Source: a virus. From it: a DNA stretch of 64,000 nt. This document shows positions 58,430-64,000 of this stretch, piece by piece. The stretch lies in IMG/VR virus record IMGVR_UViG_3300042309_001835, positions 11,553-75,552 of that record. One strand, written 5' to 3'. The translations under genes and the position numbers were made by a program. The first letter of the stretch is position 1. Every line of letters begins with the position of its first letter. Below the pieces are notes generated by a model. That model made no database searches and had not been told where the DNA came from. It worked only from the letters and a program-made list of their open reading frames with translations.

Positions 58430-59260
58430 AGAAAGTGGACAAAGAAAGAAAGGTAACTAGTATTTATAGCTATAAGTCATAGCATATAGTGTATAGTATA
58501 TAATATATATTATAATATACACCATAGTGGGTTTAATGGCTGTTACCTTCTATTTTCTCTCCAATTATATACAACCTACCGAACCTTGCGAAGGCAAGGT
58601 TCCCTGGGTAAGTGCCTTGAACGGGAGCCTTGATAGAGATATACATGCCATAGGTTCTTAAATCCCCTAGGTAATGTTGGTTTATAGTATATATTATATT
58701 CTATAAAGGTAGAATATATTATGCACTATAGGGCCATTCCTGGCAGGCATTCAACCACTGACCGGAATTACTCGTTGAACGGGAACCCGGTCACCTGGTT
58801 GTTGATTGAAACCTCGTGACAGGTGCCCAGGAGCGCCAGGAAGGCGTGTGTGGAGGCCTTTGGCTGTACTGACACGGTAGGGGGTGTTTCAGGGGCCTTA
58901 CAGGGGCAGCTAGAGGGCAGTTTGGTTTCAGGCCCTGCAGGTGGGCAGTGGGCAGTGGGCAGTGATCATCTCACCAGGAATTACCGGTTGCGTCAATTTT
59001 CACTGAAATGGCAATTTTCAACATTTGCTGAAAGCCTGAAATCTTGAAAATTGTAGCGTACTGAACAGTTTTGTGTAAATAATCGTTACAGTATTCGGCG
59101 TATCAGCCAACGTTTTCTGTCTCAAATCTGTCTCAAATCTGTCTCAACTGCACACAGAATGAAACCTCGTTACATTTTCTTAAGATTTACAGAACGATAT
59201 AGCTGAAGGTACTATTGCGGTGCCGTGGCCTTATAGGTACCTTAAATTCCGATGCCGTTA
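58430..59260. other. long non-coding region with AT-rich tracts and short tandem repeats
   Basis: No credible ORF; (GTGGGCA)3 at 58941, (TCTGTCTCAAA)~3 at 59116. Confidence 0.6.
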
Positions 59261-59267
59261 GTCGGGA

Positions 59268-59669
59268 TTATGAGCGATGTAAAGGTGTGTTGCCGTTTGG
59301 TTGTGGTGGATTGGCGAATAATGGACAAAGTGACATGTATTGGTATAACTGGATTCTGATGCGTTGTATTTCCATTTGCGGGTTGTAAGTATTTTCCCCT
59401 TTAGCCGCTTCCCATTCCAGGACGTCTGCTTTAATTAGGATGCGACCGTTACTGTTAGTGTTTAGGTCAACCAGTTTAGCTTGAGCGTTTTCGAATTGAT
59501 CAACCAGGTCTAGGACATTGGATACCGCTAACGTAGATAGTGTACCAAGATCATTCATCGATTGAGTGATGACTGAAAGTTGGTAGGAGCCAACAGATAG
59601 GCCACTAGCGATTAGCAGGCGGATTTGATCACCTTGGGACCAACCGTAAGCAGTGTTTAGTGTTGGCAT
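59268..59669 (-). CDS. probable virion protein (possible head-tail adaptor)
   Basis: LIKADVLEW motif, about 130 aa helical; late-type motif upstream. Confidence 0.45.
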   Translation of the reverse strand: MPTLNTAYGWSQGDQIRLLIASGLSVGSYQLSVITQSMNDLGTLSTLAVSNVLDLVDQFENAQAKLVDLNTNSNGRILIKADVLEWEAAKGENTYNPQMEIQRIRIQLYQYMSLCPLFANPPQPNGNTPLHRS

Positions 59670-59753
59670 TCTTCCGTGGGATTATACCTTTATGATTCCG
59701 TTAATCAATTTATTGTTCCAATGATTATACTGTGTCGTATACCTTAATAATAT

Positions 59754-59975
59754 ATGTCAAATTCACGCCAGTTTATTGAGCAGAATCCAACGGTGGCGAT
59801 TACGGATGCGTTGGCGTTGTGGTTGGCGATCAAGGAGCGGGATGAGATACCTGTCAGGCAGTTGCTGCGTGAGTTCGAATCAGCGTATCCGGTGGGATAC
59901 GGCAAGCAGATGGTGGTAAAGATGATGCCATTCCTGGCGGCGGATGATAAGGAGTGGCTGCGTGAGCTGTACTGA
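59754..59975 (+). CDS. hypothetical protein
   Basis: 73-aa ORF after TATACT. Confidence 0.5.
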   Translation: MSNSRQFIEQNPTVAITDALALWLAIKERDEIPVRQLLREFESAYPVGYGKQMVVKMMPFLAADDKEWLRELY

Positions 59976-60410
59976 GGCGGCCACTACATGTCGCAAGGCG
60001 GTCTCATAATGAGACTGTCGAGTTGTACATTACCGGGCGCGAGCACCGCCGCAGGTCGAGCATCGTGGCATCTGATGTTAAGAAATATAACAAAAATAGA
60101 ATCGGGGACCCTCGCGCTCCTGATCGTGACCGCCAAACGCGCTGTTCACGCTCATAAAATTGTATCGCCGCGAACACAAATCCTTGAGTTTCTTAATGAA
60201 ACCTGGAAAAACGCCCCCGGCTTCCGAGAATGCTGGAATGTTGAAAAATGTTACGATTTGGCTGGATCTGGCTCGGGTGCGCCGGCTGGCGCGATCGTGA
60301 ACGCCCACCGGGCGGTCGCCCACGATCACCATTTGCTATTTGCGAATAACGAATAAGCATAAAAAAACCACCCCGAATTGGAGTGGAATGACTCATGAAT
60401 TGGGTGCCAA

Positions 60411-62189
60411 TCAGCAGGGATCGGGGCTAGTCAACTCCAGCTCAGTCTCCTCAACTGGTGCTAACTCAGCAGAGCGGATTTGCAGGGCTTTGCCAAATGC
60501 CGATTCATAGAATGTACGCTGATCCGGTGACAATGATTTATTGCAAGTGTCAGCGATTTGGTCAATAATTAGCTGACCATTGTTCAACCTAGCCTGAACG
60601 GTGTAGCGTGGATCACCGTTAAGCATCACCAGAACGATGAAGTGAGTTTTTTTCTTGATGCCAGCGCGATAGCTATTTGCGGACCCCACACAATTCCGCA
60701 CAGCCTTGCCCCATGATGCGAGCTGATGCACGTCGCATGGCTGAAAGAAGGAGTATTTCTGTCCAGGCTCTTCCACCCGAACCGGCTTCGGGAACAGGTC
60801 TTGAGGCAGAACTTCGTTGGGCGTGCTGACCTTAAAGCATTCCCCAACCAGATAATCGTGGAACTCAGTCAGCCGCCAGCGATTAGGCCGCGCCAGTTCC
60901 AGCTTGCCGTCGCTGTTATCTTTATTCTGGTGGTGGTGAAGCTGATCCAGCATGGACATACTATCGTTCAAGGTGTGCAGAGTAATAGTACGGGTGCCAG
61001 TGCGCCAGTTGGTGTACCTCTCGCCAGGCAAACGATCTTCAATGTCCTTACTGACGATCTGAAGGAAGCTGGAGATAGGCATGTTATTGCTCAGCCACTC
61101 ACGTGCTCCACTGCGGTACGATACCCTGAAGTCTTCGACGTTGGAGGCCAACTCCCACATTTGCTGGCAGTGATCCAGGGAGGCATCGCCATAAAGCTTC
61201 AGGAAGCTTTGCATCACATCAACCTTGTGCTTGAACAATTGGGTAGCCATCGCCACCACCTCACGGCAATCTGTCTCGGGATCGGTATAGACTTTAACCG
61301 TTTTATCAAACACTTTGTTTGCTTCTTTCTTGAAGTATGGTGTTTGAAATACCTGTTCCAGTTTGGGATTCGAACCTTGCCGAAGCACTGAGTTTTTAAT
61401 CAGCAATTCAACGAAGCTGAGGTTAGCTTGATTCCCTTTAACACAGCCAAGACCAAATACGCACTTGCGAATGTCACCGTCTTCCCTGATTCTAGCAAAA
61501 AGATGTTCGTTTTTCCACTTGGGAATGGTCTCCATAAATGCTGTTAACCACGCGGAAATTGCATTGCGCTTTGCCACTAGGGCGCGGCCATACTGAGTCA
61601 AGGGGCCGCGCATCGGAATGTTAGCCATCCCATCAATCACCATTTGACGGGTCACGCGCAGGGTTTTTAGAACAAACCTAGAACGACCAGTTTTAACCTC
61701 AGAGCGAATAGCGCAATCGTTCAACATAAGAGGATCGCTGTCACTCGGACCAGTCCAACCGAGTGTCATGTCGTTAGCGTCATTCTTTTCAACTGCTGCC
61801 GGTGTATTCTTGAATGCCACCGAGAAACCATACAGATAGTTATGCTTCTCGGCAACTTCAGGATGCTTTGCGATGTATTCCGGCTTGATGAACCACCAAG
61901 CAAGCCATTGAGATTTGTGGTGCATGATAAGTGCACGGCACTCCTCTGCGTCAACGTGCATGAAGCGACGATTAACTTCTTCCTGGTTCAGTCCGGTGGT
62001 AGCGTTAAGCTGTGCCGATGCGCCGATCAGATCGGTGGGAACCAAACAATCAATAACGCCAGCAGTAAGGCGCGGGGCAGTCGAGCCAGCTTTCTTGTTG
62101 CCGCCAGCCATGGCTGCATAAACAGGCTTAAGGACCGGATCGTATGCGACGACTTCCTTGAGCAGATTCTGGGGGAGTTGGAATTGCAT
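60411..62189 (-). CDS. PcfJ-like domain protein
   Basis: EFHDYL...LASWGKAVRNCVGS..Y C-terminal pattern; GGAG-like context. Confidence 0.65.
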   Translation of the reverse strand: MQFQLPQNLLKEVVAYDPVLKPVYAAMAGGNKKAGSTAPRLTAGVIDCLVPTDLIGASAQLNATTGLNQEEVNRRFMHVDAEECRALIMHHKSQWLAWWFIKPEYIAKHPEVAEKHNYLYGFSVAFKNTPAAVEKNDANDMTLGWTGPSDSDPLMLNDCAIRSEVKTGRSRFVLKTLRVTRQMVIDGMANIPMRGPLTQYGRALVAKRNAISAWLTAFMETIPKWKNEHLFARIREDGDIRKCVFGLGCVKGNQANLSFVELLIKNSVLRQGSNPKLEQVFQTPYFKKEANKVFDKTVKVYTDPETDCREVVAMATQLFKHKVDVMQSFLKLYGDASLDHCQQMWELASNVEDFRVSYRSGAREWLSNNMPISSFLQIVSKDIEDRLPGERYTNWRTGTRTITLHTLNDSMSMLDQLHHHQNKDNSDGKLELARPNRWRLTEFHDYLVGECFKVSTPNEVLPQDLFPKPVRVEEPGQKYSFFQPCDVHQLASWGKAVRNCVGSANSYRAGIKKKTHFIVLVMLNGDPRYTVQARLNNGQLIIDQIADTCNKSLSPDQRTFYESAFGKALQIRSAELAPVEETELELTSPDPC

Positions 62190-62364
62190 GGGAGGAACCC
62201 TCTGACTTGTCTAATGTAGCATCCTGGCCTGGCTAATGCAACGCCTGACCGGAACAGGTTGGCCGTCGCAACATAAGTTAACATTATATGCAGCGATCGT
62301 GACTCAGCACTTGCCTTCGGCGCTGAGTCACGCTCACCCGGCACCTGTTATTTGTTGTTTTAAC

Positions 62365-62871
62365 TCAGAACATGCTTCCGATTTCCATATATTGTGGCGT
62401 CGGATCATGGGGGCCTAGTGCTAGTTCACACTTGCCGTGTTCTGCTGCTACGTGAGCGATTAGGTCAATCAGTTCGGATGACATAGTGCCCTCGTTTTCA
62501 TCCAGGATACTGCAGTCTGGCGTGCTATATGTGGCTTTCCAGTAAATACCGATATGATCCGGCAAGTGCTTAATGTCATTCCATCCCGCCCTGGGCCTCT
62601 CATCAATTGTGCATTGAGTTGCGTCTATCGTTATATCTAAATCCTCTAGGGCTGGAGATAGCGTCAGAGTGCCAATGTATCTGAGCAATTGCTCTACGGT
62701 GCCGCGATGATATTCTGTCCGGGCCTCATTTTTCTTGGTTTGTTTGCTATAGCTAAAGCTCTGTGTTGACCATTCAACCATGCCAGAAGGCTCAGCGCTG
62801 GAGGCGGTAACCCAGTCGGGCTCCATGGGGGCGGTGGTCATTTGGGTTTTCCCGGTTGGCCCTGTCATCAT
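62365..62871 (-). CDS. hypothetical protein
   Basis: 168-aa ORF. Confidence 0.5.
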   Translation of the reverse strand: MMTGPTGKTQMTTAPMEPDWVTASSAEPSGMVEWSTQSFSYSKQTKKNEARTEYHRGTVEQLLRYIGTLTLSPALEDLDITIDATQCTIDERPRAGWNDIKHLPDHIGIYWKATYSTPDCSILDENEGTMSSELIDLIAHVAAEHGKCELALGPHDPTPQYMEIGSMF

Positions 62872-62904
62872 AGCAAGAAACCGGCCCGAAGGCCGGTTGT
62901 TAAG

Positions 62905-63228
62905 TTACGAATACGTGTAAAGGCTATCTTCCGGCTGCCGCCATGGCGGGTTTTGCATTTGACTGATCTCGGCAATTTCCTCCCAAGTTAATTGTGCTCC
63001 TGCAGCCTTTTTATCGTTGAGCTGTTTCCATCGTCGCCTGTATTGTTCATGTAAAATGGGGTCAAAGTTTGACGCATGAGGAACTGGCTTAAATTTGTTT
63101 TTATAGTAAGCCTCCTCCAATAATGGAAGAAGAACTATTGCGCCTATCGCAAGCAGCAGGAAGGGTGATGCTGGCAACGCCGAGAAACTGCCGGTTTTGC
63201 TATCATAGGCCCATTTAATTTCACTCAT
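62905..63228 (-). CDS. hypothetical membrane-anchored protein
   Basis: One hydrophobic helix. Confidence 0.5.
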   Translation of the reverse strand: MSEIKWAYDSKTGSFSALPASPFLLLAIGAIVLLPLLEEAYYKNKFKPVPHASNFDPILHEQYRRRWKQLNDKKAAGAQLTWEEIAEISQMQNPPWRQPEDSLYTYS

Positions 63229-63936
63229 TCAGTTCACCATTGCGTAGCGATTCCGGCTGCGACCATGGGCATGAATCACCACGTTAGCAGAGGCGCCGTC
63301 ACATAGCGAACAAACAGAACATTCTGTTTTGTGGCCACGTTCATCGGATGCCGCACAATGTACCGTACCGGCGGGATCCTTTGAGTCTACGGGTGTGACC
63401 AGATACGTCTTCCACCCGTTAGCAGTTGCCTGCAAATAGTCCTCAAATCCATCACAAGAAGCCTGGGCGATTCCTTTCATGTATTGCGCCCAAGGTTGCC
63501 GCCATTGATGCGTATAGGCCGTGTGAGTGCGGCAGCGAAGCAAAGGCTCAGTCCAAACATCTGCGGGCACCATTGCACCATCGCCAGCGGAGCCAATCCG
63601 CAAGGCTACGTTATCGAACAGGTGCCAATCGTCGCCGATCGGTGCATAATTGCCACGCTTGTAGCAGTTCCACACTGATAGCGGACCCTGGTACCAAATA
63701 ACATAGCAGGTACCATCGTTGTAACCAGCGTGCAAACAATTGCCGCAGACTGATCTACCTAGGCCGTTCTTAAATGCTTCATTCGGTTTGACATCCTGAC
63801 GCATGATCCAGGTTTGAATCATTGCGCCTGTTTTGCTGTTACTACTGGACTCCTCGAAGCCCGTAGTAATAACAACAATAGGAGCGCCGTCTAAATTAGA
63901 CGGACCCTCCCAAATGATGCGGCCGTTGTTGTTCAT
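63229..63936 (-). CDS. Cys-rich phage protein, possibly Fe-S/radical-SAM-like
   Basis: SNSKTG, CGNCLH...CY, LRIGSAGD, YTHQW, CSVCSLC. Confidence 0.55.
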   Translation of the reverse strand: MNNNGRIIWEGPSNLDGAPIVVITTGFEESSSNSKTGAMIQTWIMRQDVKPNEAFKNGLGRSVCGNCLHAGYNDGTCYVIWYQGPLSVWNCYKRGNYAPIGDDWHLFDNVALRIGSAGDGAMVPADVWTEPLLRCRTHTAYTHQWRQPWAQYMKGIAQASCDGFEDYLQATANGWKTYLVTPVDSKDPAGTVHCAASDERGHKTECSVCSLCDGASANVVIHAHGRSRNRYAMVN

Positions 63937-64000
63937 TTGGGTTAACCCAGTGAGGACTCTCACATGATAGCACACGCCGCAGGCTTGAAAGGTGAACAAA

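Noticed and set aside
59988-60356. 122-aa plus-strand ORF
   Set aside because: No recognisable motif or RBS, and competing antisense ORFs; coding status is unsupported.
1-64000. Stop-codon reassignment, integrase or photosynthesis genes
   Set aside because: Core genes read intact in the standard code; no integrase, psbA or hli gene was recognised in this window.

Overview
A 64-kb segment of a tailed dsDNA phage genome, most likely a siphovirus-type cyanophage. The host assignment is inferred from the DUF4055-type portal, two sigma factors, class II RNR, ThyX and a PiuC-type dioxygenase. Positions 1-16.3 kb hold virion and lysis genes: scaffold, major capsid, collagen-like fibres, a glycosyltransferase-methyltransferase fusion, holin and endolysin. 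Positions 16.9-36.2 kb hold replication, recombination and nucleotide-metabolism genes with an iteron-type origin, and terminase and portal are embedded among them. Positions 36-64 kb are accessory genes. Main observations: (1) an array of short paralogous genes at 47.1-54.1 kb built from near-identical GC-rich anchor blocks alternating with unrelated variable segments, with signs of shuffling; (2) a non-coding block at 44.7-45.4 kb with one canonical tRNA, two non-canonical tRNA-like folds and a densely hairpinned RNA with a possible pseudoknot; (3) a recurring GGHA-NNM-TA motif upstream of virion genes, a candidate late promoter; (4) GNGAY-loop hairpins upstream of the portal, scaffold and capsid genes; (5) a candidate -1 frameshift at the end of the holin. 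All calls come from reading the sequence by eye; no database search or folding software was run.
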